From: the human T2T-CHM13v2.0 reference genome, Homo sapiens
DNA length: 64,000 bases
Reading direction: 5' to 3' (one strand)
NCBI RefSeq assembly: GCF_009914755.1
Contig: NC_060932.1
Of this stretch, positions 1-42,620 are shown piece by piece; the first letter of the stretch is position 1, and each line of letters opens with the position of its first letter. The translations under genes and the position numbers were made by a program. Under the pieces are notes generated by a model, which saw nothing but the letters and a program-made list of their open reading frames with translations, had not been told where the DNA came from and searched no databases.

Positions 1-92
1 AGGCTGGTATCGAACTCCTGAGCTCAAGTGATCTGCCTACCTCAGCCTCCCAAAGTGCTGGGATTACAGGTGTGAGCCACTGCACCTGGCCA
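1..92 (-). mobile_element. Alu, partial (cut by the window edge)
   Basis: ctcccaaagtgctgggattacaggtgtgagccac... is the reverse-complemented Alu 5' end. Confidence 0.9.
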
Positions 93-3000
93 GTGAATTT
101 CTTTTTGTGCTTTTAGTTTTGTCTTCTAAAGAGAGTATCATGTGTGATGATTATGTATCTGATACTGCCAATCTGCTAATCACAGTATGTTTAGAAGCTT
201 GTGCAGCCGTTACGGTGAGTGTTAACTAGCCAGGTCTTGAGTTGGCGAGACAGAGCTTAGGGCAACTGATGGAGCGAGATGAGGACACGTGTGTGCATGC
301 ACTGTGCACATACATGTGTTTGCATTTAATAGCTGGTACAAAAGAAAATAAATAATAGCCTCCAAGGGGAAAGAAAAGAAAAGGAGATACAAAAGGGTTT
401 GAATGCTACCAGCAGGATGTGTGTGAAAGGGGAGATCTCAGCAATGGTAGTTAGATTGACACCCCCAGTTCCATCAAGTTTACCCTGTTTGGTCATATGT
501 TAATTATATGCATTGAACATTGTGGGTTGTTTTCCCCCAAAACACAGCTGGTGTGTCTCTTCCTTTGATGATTGCTTTCCAGGGTCATCCTGTATAGCAT
601 ATTTGTTCGCGAGGAGCCTCTTAGGACTCCCTAAGGCTTGGCAGATGTGGCAGTTGTCCTAATTGGTCACACCTTGAGGTCAGCTTTTCTGTCCTGACAA
701 GAAGTGTCTGTTAAGCAGGTGTCTTTGTCCCTAAATTTGGGGAAGTTATAGTGAAAAAGTGTAGATAACATACAAACTAAGCGCACGCAGCTGCCCAGAT
801 AACTTACGCAGACATTGTATTGTGTAGAGGTTGCTCCAGGGCCAGTACTGTTCATTCTCATCCACAGTCTGGAGTAAAAACATATATCCAGCATTTAAAA
901 GGAAATTCTTTAATTTGGGAGATTACATTGAAATTTGAATTGGTTGTGGCAGAGTAAAGAAGCCTCAATCAACATTCAACAAAACACATTTCCAGGATTA
1001 TGAAAAATAGAAGCAATTTTATATGTATGAGTTGAAAGCTTATGTATGAGTTATTAGCTCAAGCTTTATTTCAATGGAATTTCCAATTTTTAGGTTTTGC
1101 AATGTGAAGTTAAGAATAATGTTGAAAACATGTCCAAGGTACCCTGCTGGTTAGAGCTGACTTAAGAGTTGTTGCTGGTTATTGTTTGAGGCAGGAGGCG
1201 TGTAGAGGAAGAGTGGGCAAAAAGAAAACACGAATGAGGCTTACGTGATGGAGTGAATTTCAGAGAGAAAATAGTAACTTTTTTTTTCTGGTAATCGTCA
1301 AGAACAAAATATTTTCTTGTTTGTTCGTGGCTTTTATATAGCTAGAGGACATTGCAGTTACTGTCCCGACAGTGACCATCTGTTGAAGTGAAAAGACTTC
1401 AAGCTGTAAGTGAATGCACACTTGTTTCAAGTTGTCTTTGATATACACACTTTCCAGTGTAGTGCCAGCCATACATTAATTTAGGACGGAACCAACAAAG
1501 TGTTTTGGGTTGGCATGACCTATTTCCAGTTAATTTTTGGATTGATGTTTACAAATTGGGTATCAAACATTAATTTGTAATCTTGAAAATTTAGCTGTGA
1601 TATCACAAGGGAGCAGTTGCTTTCCTCCCCAACACTCTTCCCACCCTCTTTCCTTCAATGTTGCCACAATAAAATGTCAAGACAATCATATAGGAAAGGT
1701 GTTTGCTGATACTGTTTTTAAATGAAATATTATTAGTACAAACTGGCTGCCAGTTGTAAGAACCTGAATTCATAACAGAGAGCTGAATTAATTAATTCAG
1801 AAGTAGCTTTTGTCAGGTAAGAAAGAATGCATTTTTTTTCTGACTATTCTTTTTGATAGTATAAAAAAGGCAAAAATTATTTTTTTAATCTCTGAATAAA
1901 TTTAAAATTAAAATTCTCTGCAAATTTGACTGAATTATTTGTTAAAAAAATTTAACTGAAACCCAAATATCTGATGTTTATTTTGTCGAAATGATTATTT
2001 GCTTTTTGAAAAATATTCGTTGGCCATTAATTTGTTTTAAATGGCTAAAATACTATATTTTATATTGTGGATTTTAACTTAGTATGGACAAAAAATAATT
2101 AACCAAATGTCATAAGAGTAAAACTTATTCTGAATTTCAGAGCTTATGATGTATTGTACAACAAGAATACACTTGAAAGATACCTAATGTAACGTGCACT
2201 TAAATCTGTTTCCCCTGTCTCTTGAGGGGCTTGTCCTGAATCTAGAAGCTGGGTTTCTAAATTTCATGTTTTAAAAAATATTTAACTTTATTCAAGAACA
2301 TTCTTGCTAGTGCCCTTAAACAGCATTTTGCTCTTTACTCTTGCATTTATTTTCCATACTTAAAGAAACATTCTGAATATTAGCTTTTCATTCACTTGGA
2401 AAAAGGAGTGAGGGCCAGTCTGCCTTCATAAGAAGTCAGTGTATTTTGTGGAAGGCCTTAGTGCTTGGGAAGACATTAACTGACTTTAATCTGTTCTCAG
2501 TAAATTATTTGTTGATTAATAATTAATAGGCTGTATTTCTGCATTTGACCATGTCATAAGGTAATTTCTACATGCAGCCTTAAAGTACAGATAGGATTGC
2601 ACTTTTGTTACATCTGTGCTTGTTGCAGCAGTACCATGTGAGAGGCTGTGGTTGTCTGTCCCACTGACCCAACCTTTAAAGCCTCTTTGAGGTTTATGTA
2701 TCCCCATCTTGTGTATAGTTAGTTCACATGTTAAAAACCAGTGGTAGGAAGGTAGTTTTAAGTTTCTGGCACAGTTAAAGTCTAGGAAACAATCCCATTA
2801 AGATGAATGTGTGTGTTTGTATTTTCTGAAGAATAGTTGAGCACATCCTCCACCTTCAGGGAAAAGAGCTAAACACAACAGCTATGTCCTGATTAACCCC
2901 AGAGGCAGGAGGAGGTCAGACCAATGCTGCGTAATTCTAGTTAAGCCACCTAAGCAGTTGAAGGAAGCTTAGCCTGCTGCTTCCTAAATAAGCGTGTGTC

Positions 3001-3796
3001 AGGCAGGGATGTCATGGGCCATCTTTCCTTAGGAAGATGTCATCTTCTTGAGGCCTCTTTCCAATGTACCCAAGTCTTTGGACCAGCAAAAATCCATGTG
3101 GGGGAAAAGAAGGGTTTAAGCATAGAAGTCTTATGTCAAACACTTAAAGGTTTGTTTGTTTTTAATTTTAAAAGATTTGGATAGTTCAAGATAGAATTTT
3201 TGTATCTTAGGAAAAATTACCAGATGGGAATGAATGTGGAGGGAGATTTAGAGATTACAATAGTTGTATGCTTAGGTCCCCCACAAATATTCCAGGAAAT
3301 TGTCCTGGAAATAAATTCCTCTTTTTGTAGTTCCTTTGCCTATATTAATATGCAATTATAGACCCAAACTACTATTGCTCTTACGCTGTAATTGTTAGGA
3401 CTCTATTCCTTTGTTTTTTCATTTCGGAACAGATTTTGTTGTTTGTGTTTATGTTCAGCTAGTAAACATTTCTTCATTTCTTTAGCAATTTAGGTTCCAA
3501 ATTTTCTGTAGGTATCTGGCCCTTGGCTTGTTTCTGCCACTTCTGGCTTGACAGTCTGTTGTTGAAATTCCGTTTTTACAGACAGCAAACATTTGTTTGT
3601 TGAAAAATGTGGTTTTCCCCCTAAATGCCTCAATGTGTTGTGCTTAAAACTTTTACCCCTTTTGTACATCCACAGTTTTGTATAGACCCAACTATGAGTA
3701 AGTGGATGGATTCTTGTTCATAAGCAGGAGTTTGGTGTTCTGGTTCCTACAGTTTGCAATGGGTTTTGAAAGCAAGTGCATTGTTTTTAGTAATAA

Positions 3797-33705
<29,909 letters not shown>

Positions 33706-34645
33706 CCAGTACCAGTTCCAGTTCAAGTGTTTAAAACTTTTGACAAGTGGTAGTCCTACTGTTTACACTCACAGTTAATGTTCATACCTAGTTTTATAAG
33801 CTGTTCTGTAACATAGTGTAGCAAAAAAAAAAGTTCAAGTCATGTTATACAGGTGTGTCAAAAGGTATCTTGGTCATTAAGTATTGTGCAGTGCATTATT
33901 TATTATCCCTAGGAGAGATGAAATTTGAGAGGTGATCATGTCTTTTTAAGGAAACTTACATAATGCTCTGCTTTTTTTTTTTCTCTTGGTACCATTGGTA
34001 TTATAATAAAGAGCAATTTGTAACTGAGTGGCACTAATGGAAGAAAGTGCTGCTCAAAGGAAGTATGAAGTTATATATTTAATTTTTTAATTTTAATTTT
34101 TAATTTTTTTGCTGTGAAGGTCAAGCTGAAATTTACCATACATATCATACTTGCTCATTTGTTTCCCTTTTTGACTGTATGGGGGTTCCCACACTCGTGC
34201 ATACACACACATCCATACACTCTGACAATCTCCACGCTAGTGTGAACGCCTCTGTCCCGAGGCGCAGCAATAATAAGGCAGCTGTTGAATGTGAAGGGTC
34301 CCTTTGGAAAATTAACCTACTGGGAGGGTTCTTGCCAGACAGAACTACAGTTCCATTGTCTCGTGGTCTTGTAATGCACTGGTAAAAACAAAATAAATAG
34401 ATGAATAAATAAAGAGTGAGAGAAGAGAGAATCAGGTACCTTTTTTAAATTAAAGGACTTTGTTACTTTAGCCACAAAGCTAAAACAGCATTACCTCAGC
34501 TCTAAACTAGCCTTGAAGTTTACAGACATGACTTTGTAAATGTATTGTTTTTCTTTGTTGTGATGTCCTTTTATTTTTTTCTTTGAAAACTGCTATCATG
34601 TAAGATAAAATGTAAATTGCTGCCAACTGTAGTAATGATGCTTTT

Positions 34646-34651
34646 AATAAA
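34646..34651 (+). terminator. Proximal polyadenylation signal AATAAA
   Basis: Canonical hexamer with upstream UGUA motifs and a U-rich downstream region. Confidence 0.7.
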
Positions 34652-35765
34652 AGTGACCCATGATATGCAGAGATGTAATTATAGAATGTAGTATATAGGG
34701 AAACTGGTGTTCACTCTATTTTTTTTGTATTCGCAATAGATGCAAATACAGCATTCTGGCTTTTGTACAGTTTCTTGATATATCCTCTTATACTAGATTA
34801 GCTTTTGGTAAGACACTAAACTGTCTCGAAGACTAGACAGGAAGGAAAACCTTGAATTACTCTCACATAATTCCACTCCAGATATCTCAACAGCAATGCA
34901 TACAAAAAGCTCCTATTACTCCCTCAAAAGGGCATCTGAGACCGAGAATACTTAGAAATGTGTGCAGCGTGTGATAATGTGGTACACTGAAGAACAAAAG
35001 GGCAAAAGAAAAATGAGGCTTTAACAGGCACAATATCTAGGTCATTTATCCTTGGTTAATGGGTAGAAAAACACAATGCGGTAGTGTCAGCAAGGGACAC
35101 AAAGGCACTCTGGTGTCCTGCAGACCAGCGCTCGATGCCAGAAACCAGGGTGTGGAAAAACCCATGTGGAATTGAAACAGACCCACTTAAGCACGCACGC
35201 GCGCACGCACGGTCTCAGGAGCTACTGATTTGTGGACCCCTTTTTGACCTTTGGTATTTAAAGTAAAATATAATTTGAGATCTACTGTTTTCACCTTTTT
35301 ATGTCACCTGAACCAACACAAAGCCATATTTCCATCCAGTTAAAAAGCAGGGGAAGGGATGTGGACGAGAGTGTTTCGTGTGTGTTGCCTTCCTCCACAC
35401 CCTTCCCCCAGGACGTCCGCACACAGTCCACCCCCAGCCAGTGTGCTGCCAGACAGGTGGTCTAAATTCCTCCCAGACTGTGAGATTCAGTTCGTTTATG
35501 CTCCAAGATGAAAATATGCCCCTTAATGATTCTGGGAAAGAAACAACCTGAACCCTCCACCTTACAGATCCTGTGATTGCTTTTATTTATCATCGTCGTT
35601 GTCTGCTGAAAGTGAATGGGCCGTGCACACTGGAGGAAAGTGCCTTGAAGAGAATATTTTTTGAAAGGGAATTATTTGAACACGGGAAAGTGAAACTAGG
35701 TCTGCATGAAGTATAGGAAATTTAAGTATTTAAGTAACAAAGATGTTAGCAGGGAGAATTTGCTT

Positions 35766-35771
35766 AATAAA
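35766..35771 (+). terminator. Distal polyadenylation signal AATAAA
   Basis: Canonical hexamer followed by a GU/U-rich element (ggtgttttttttt) ~15-25 nt downstream. Confidence 0.7.
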
Positions 35772-36091
35772 ATGAGTCATTAAAGGGTGTTTTTTTTAAA
35801 GTTCTTTGTAGTATTGGAAATTTTCCTATGAGCCTCTGTAAATAGAGAATATAATGTGACACTGTTAGGATAAAATTCTAAGAGCAATGATGATCTTCAA
35901 AGCAAAGCCATCAGTTGCTCGTGGCCAGAGGACCCCTGAGTTGTTGGGGCTCACTGGCTTGTTATGTGCATCATCCGGTACTCATCTGTTGACGTGGCTT
36001 TAATGTCATTCACATTTTCATATTGAAAAATGCATTTTTTTTCTTCCAGTGAAATTCATTCTTGGTAGTAGATCTTGAATCTACCTAAGTA

Positions 36092-36414
<323 letters not shown>

Positions 36415-36984
36415 TAAAGTATTTTCAATTCAGTCAGATACTAATGGGTATGATCGTGTGCCTAGCATGGAGGAAGCACTGAGGTGCCAAGGGTTCTCCT
36501 GGCATTGCTCCCTGATGGAAGTTCTGTTCTTCCCTGAGGAGGCTGAGGCCCGGGAGTTGGCATCATCCCCAGCAGTAAGTGCAGGAACAGGACTTGAACT
36601 CAGGTGGTCTGACTGCAGAAGTCTGTGTATGTGCTCCTAAAATACTGTGCTTTTAGGTCTCTGAAAGAAAATTATGACATAAGGATAACTGAAATTTCGC
36701 TGTTTATTCCCCTTCATAACATCTTAAGTTTGAGGTTGGGAATTAAGAGAAAGTCTTGAATTAGAGACTTAGCTCTGGCTAAGGAAATGAATCCCACCTA
36801 CCTCATTTAAATTTGGATTTATTTTGCCCCACAAGTATTTCTATTTTATAAAGAAATCAAGTCTTTAAAAAGAATTTGTCCAAATAAGTTACAGAGAGAG
36901 TAAATTGCCAGCCTGGTATTTGAACCCCAATTGATGTAACTCCAAAGCCCAGGCTCCTAACCACTATGCTAGTGTAATTAACAT

Positions 36985-37615
36985 TCATCAGCAACATTGG
37001 GTGCTGTGTGCTAGAGGCTGTGCTGGGAATATAGAAATGAAAGCAAACAGACTAGTCCCCTGCTGTCATGCAGCTTACATCCTAGTACGAAGAGATGCAT
37101 AATAGAATACAAATAAAATGTTTGCAGGGCAAGGAAGACTCTTAAATAAGGTGATAGGATGGCCAGGAAAAAGCTCTCTATGGAGGAGACAGCTCACACC
37201 TGAGTGATGAGAAGCAGTAGGCAGACTATATTCTAGTTGGAGAATTGTCCAGACAAAAGGAATGACAAACGCAAAGACCTTGAGCTGGTAATGAGCTTGG
37301 AATAAGGAGTGGAGAGGCCATCTGCCTTGAAAAGTTGGGAGGCATGGTCAGATTACATAGGGCCTGGATGGCTCTGGTGGAGGATTTGGGTTTCATGCTG
37401 AGTGCTGTAGAAAGTCTTCTGAAGGTTTTATGCAGAAAAATGGTCATTTTCATGTTTTTAAAGGATCATTATGTCTGCAGTTCAAAAAACTCCCTTGTAA
37501 AGGGGAGTCAGCAATTCCAGCTGGGAGATGGCTGTAGCAACCTTGGGTCAAGTTTAGTGGGCAGTAATGGAGAAGGAAAGCCATGGATGGACTTGGGATA
37601 TGTTTTGAAGAGGTA
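36985..37615. mobile_element. L2 fragment
   Basis: gtccctgctgtcatgcagcttacatcctagt...catgtttttaaaggatca. Confidence 0.6.
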
Positions 37616-38477
37616 GACCCTCCAATTTAAATGAACTTTTCAGTGAATAATTTGTATTAATTCTTCAGGACTACTACTAAAAACTAACAGATAAAGAATG
37701 TTCACCATGCTAATTTTTTTAAATAAGAATGTTGTGATTAGTGTTAGAAGAAGATACTGGGAAAATAAATTTTTCCATCATGTACATTATAAAATTTTCT
37801 TTTTAGTTCAATGAAAATTGTTAATTGTCTGTGGGAAGAGTTTTAGACATTAATCCTGACCGGTAGAGGAGGTGAGAGTGAGCATTGTTGAAGCAATGTG
37901 TGTTACAGCAAACATCTCTGTGTCTCTAGGGCCATCAATAAATTTAAATTAGGAAGCAAAACAATGTAAATGACTTCTACTAACAAGCACTTAAAAGAAT
38001 ACATCTTATTCATTCAACTTGGCTCTCTAATGAGCAATTTTATATTTTCTTAAGCACAGGTAAGATTTACCACAGTTTTACAGACATAGTAAAATAAGCT
38101 ATATTTGGCAAAATAGATGAATAAATTACCTTCGGGAATACTTTACCTAATGTAAGACTCTTAAGCATTTCATTATTGAGATTTTTGGTAGGGGAGTCAC
38201 TTAATTTGAAGATTTTCTGGTAAGGGTTAGGATGATCGTTTTCTAAGTATTCTGGACTATTTAAGTTATTTTATGCAGTGCAACATAGCGCCACCCTCCC
38301 AATAGGTCTATTTGTTTATAAACCTTGTTTTGGATCTACAGATGTAGATTTGAATTTTAATTTGGATCTCCTTAATCAAATGTGTACTATGTAATTTAAA
38401 TGAAATTAAATAATAAGCTAGTGATAAAATTTGAAATATTTTGACATCTAATATCTTTACCTTCCGAACGATTTACT

Positions 38478-38767
38478 CTTTTTTTTTGAGATGGAGTCTC
38501 ACTTTGTCACCCAGGCTGGAGTGCAGTGGCACAACCTCGGCTCACTGCAACCTTTGCCTTCCAGGTTCAAGATTCTCCTGCTTCAGCTTCCTGAGTAGCT
38601 GGGCCCATAGACATCTGCCACCATGCCCGGCTAATTTTTGTATGTTTAGTAGAGATGGGATTTCACCATGTTGGCCAGACTGGTCTCGAACTCCTGACCT
38701 CAAGTGATCTGCCTGCCTCGGCCTCCCAAAGTGCTGGGATTACAGGCATGAGCCACCGTGCCTGGCA
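38478..38767 (-). mobile_element. AluS, antisense, with TSD
   Basis: Flanks gaacgatttactctt / gaatgatttactctt. Confidence 0.93.
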
Positions 38768-41700
38768 GAATGATTTACTCTTAAAATTTGTTTAGCTCCT
38801 AAGCAGGTTGACATTTTCTTCACTTGAACAAAGATGGCAGAATCCCATTTCACATGTTGGCAGGCATGCTATTTAAGTGTGCTGGTGCCTCTCCACAGTA
38901 GGATCCTGCTGTGAGCCTTCCCTTCTCATGAGGTCCTTCCTGGGCTCCCAGATAAATGTCATGATAAATTTGGAGTTGTAGCTAAAGGGCAGCCTAATAG
39001 ATTTCTAATATATAATAAATAGTAGCACTAGGTCAAAATACTGCTTAGGAATCACTTTATACTCCAGGTGGCTTCCTCCATTGTCCCCTCGCCGCCTCTG
39101 CATTTTGATCTGAAAGCTCGATTTCAAGATTACAAATGAGAGAAACCTGATTCTCTTCTGTGACAGGAGCCAGGTACTGCAATGGTTTGCAATCCAAAAC
39201 CTCATAATTGTCAGCCTCAGTTCAAGAGACTTCAACTGGGATATAGGCTGGATGACTGAAACCTAAGCAGGCTGTAAAGTTAATAGTTTTGGGGAGTGCG
39301 CATGACAGTTTGGAAAACTCATCCTGTTTAACATGTTTCACCATGTTTCCCTAGGAGTCGGGAAGCTCAACATTTCAGAATTCAGCATTTGTGTTTGTTA
39401 ATAGGCACTGGTGAGTTAATCCACACCACACCCTGGTAAGTTAGGCCAGTCTTGTTGCCACCAGCCCTTTACCAGGTGAGGCAGGGTCATTTGCCCAAGG
39501 CCAAGTAGTACACAAGTGTGGTGGCCAGAACTAGAATTTGGACTTTTCCAGCGGACGTGATGGCTAGCTGTGGGCCATCTGTCTTAGGATAAACCCACCA
39601 TCAATGTTAATTCAGGTCTAGGATCTTAAACAAAAACCTAAAATAGATCAAGCTACAAGATATTTTAATAACCGATGGTGTGATCTGAAGAGCAAATCAG
39701 AAAGTTCCAGAATCTCATGCTGCATTACAGAAGTGATTATTGAAGAATGGCTGAAAGATGTTCAAGTAAAAAAAAAAAAAAGCAATTAACAAGTAGGCTT
39801 TATATCCATGCTGAGTTAATGATATGATCTATGCAACTGACAGTCTAAATATTTCTGCATGTTACTGAGGATATTCACTAGGATTTCTGGATAGTGAATA
39901 TTGCCCTTTCTTCTACCTTGTATCTGAATGGCCCTAAAAGCCAGCCCCAGCTTGTAGAAATCGAGATGACAAAGTCTGGAACCTATGGCTCCTACAAGGA
40001 TGGAAAATAGCCCCAGCAGAACAGTGTTGCTTCATCTGTCCCCACCCACAGGGCTTTCCTAGGCTATTGTAGCTCTCATAGCGGATTTGCATATCTGTAG
40101 CTGCAGAGCTAATGTTCTCTCTCTAGGCTCAGGGGGCCCTGCAAGGCAGCTCCATGGTCCTTTCCATTTTATTGTAAGAGTTGGTGGAAAATGAGAGGCG
40201 GCCATTGTGTCTGACTGCGGAGGCATTGTTCTTCCCCAGACGAGGCTGGCCTCTTTCTCAGCTCCCGGTTTCTGCTCCTCCAGCCATGGCTAGCTTCTGA
40301 GGAGCAGCTGGACTAACTCAGAATTGCCCCAAGGGTTACTTAAAACCATGAAAAGAAATTTTACTCTCCAAAATGTAAAGTTACAAACTGCCCCCCAAAC
40401 ACCTTTTCTTGGCAGTCCCAGTTTGTACAGAACCTGTGTGTTCTGATAGTAACGCAGCCGTGGCAACTCAACAACAAAGTGCTGGCTCGAACCTCAGCCC
40501 CCAGCCCCTAGCCCACTTTGTGAAAAGAATTTCATTGACCATCAGAATATGTGGTGGTGGCAGTGGGGGATAAAATTGAAGCAGAAAATGTCCCTTTACA
40601 TTTCAACCATAAAACCATCTGTTGCTGAGGACTGTGCAGGTATCAATTGTTTATGATCATTAAAATCTTGCTGTTGAGGATAGTTACTACAAAAACCTGA
40701 ATATTGTTTATGATGTCGATGTCGGGGAAACCAAAGCTTTTTGTATTTATGTTGCTTTCTTATGTGGTTTGGGGGTAGGCCAAATGAGCAAAACAACAGT
40801 GGCCTTCCAAGGTGCATAGGCCTAGGAGAACATGCTGTAAAATATATGCAAGAAGAAAAGCAACTTTGAGAATCACTTGGTGTTTCTTGTATTTGGAGCT
40901 CAAATGACTAAATGGCCAAAATGTCATCTCCAGCTGACATGCTTCCAGCATGTCTGTTCTGGTCAGAAAGCTTACCCAAAATAGTTTACAATTTTATTTT
41001 GTACTACGATATACCTGCTACTGGACACGCATCTGCAGATTTTAGGTGCATGCTGATCTGGCACATTTATTCTCATGGATTGTATGTACGGGGCATTACG
41101 TGCTCCCTGCCTTCAAGGAGATGCTGAAATCCACAACAACTTGAAGGGTTAGACAAACTTACTGTTTTAATAGCTGTTATAGGTACAAATTATCCTAGCC
41201 ACTTGATTGTCAGTTGTGGCTAAATATGTTGAATAAGGAGGAAGCTACTGAGCCCAGAGACCCTGGGAGAGGACATGTGGATTTGATCGGTTGTCCTTGC
41301 TCCTTGTAATTTTAGCTTCCTGCACCTGATCACTTTATCCAGAGCAGGAACAGCTTTAAACTAATCTTGTTTTGCTTTAAATGTAAACCATCTAGGCTTC
41401 TGAATTAGTGCAAAAAAGAAAAAAGTTTAGTAACTTCAGTTAAATCTCTAAGACTCACATCTCTCCTGCATCAGCATGATCATGATATTCCCCTTCTCTT
41501 AGAGGTGCCACCAACGGTGACCTAAAAACGGAGGCAGCAATGCCCTGAGGATGGCATCCTGTTGCTGGTGTCCACAAGGTGATTTCCTTCTGGATCTGGA
41601 CATTCTTGCTTGATGGACTAAATGCAGCCATGTTTTGCTTTCGGCCTTTCCACATTAAGTCTCTGCTCTCTTAGGGACAAATGTTATGGAGTGTTTTTGT

Positions 41701-42271
41701 GTATTAAGGACACTTTCTTTTGAAAGCCATGCCAGGGGTTATGCTAAACAAAGGGCATAATAGGCATCATTCTTGTCCTTAAGTAGCAACCAATTGGGAA
41801 GTATTTAATGGGCAATTGGAGGGTGTGTTGGAGGGTAGGGGTGAGAGAAAAAGCATATAGTCAGGGTTCTTCCAGTGCCTAAGAGTGTTGCTGAGGTAGG
41901 TAATATAAACAACAGATCTGCCCGTGCTTTGCAGATTTCAGGGCATTTATCCATGCATTGTCTCAATGGATACAACTTAGAAATAGGCCAGTTGTGACTT
42001 TAGAGATTAAAGAAATTAAGGTTCTGTGAGGCAAGGTTAGCAAGTGGTTTCGTTGAATCTTGCAGGCAGGTCTTTGGACTCCAAATCACATAGTGTGGTT
42101 TCTCTACCACATAATGACAGCAACCAGGTAACTCCTGCCACACACACACAGTGGCAGCCCTGTAGAGCAAGTTCATCTCTGAGCCTCACCTTCCTCATTT
42201 GTAAATTTGGAAGCATAATAATGATAATGCCTTCCTTCTAGTGTTGTGTGAGGATTCGAAATCCTGAATAT

Positions 42272-42620
<349 letters not shown>

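Larger units (their letters stand above)
33706..35795 (+). other. CHD7: CHD7 3'UTR (long form); a shorter form probably ends near 34665
   Basis: Follows the stop codon, no recognisable interspersed repeats, AU-rich, AATAAA at 34646 and 35766; the 3' end is estimated ~20 nt after the hexamer. Confidence 0.75.

Noticed and set aside
1690-2300. Very AT-rich intron 15 stretch as an S/MAR or structured RNA
   Set aside because: Low complexity only; no specific motif or stable fold that I can support
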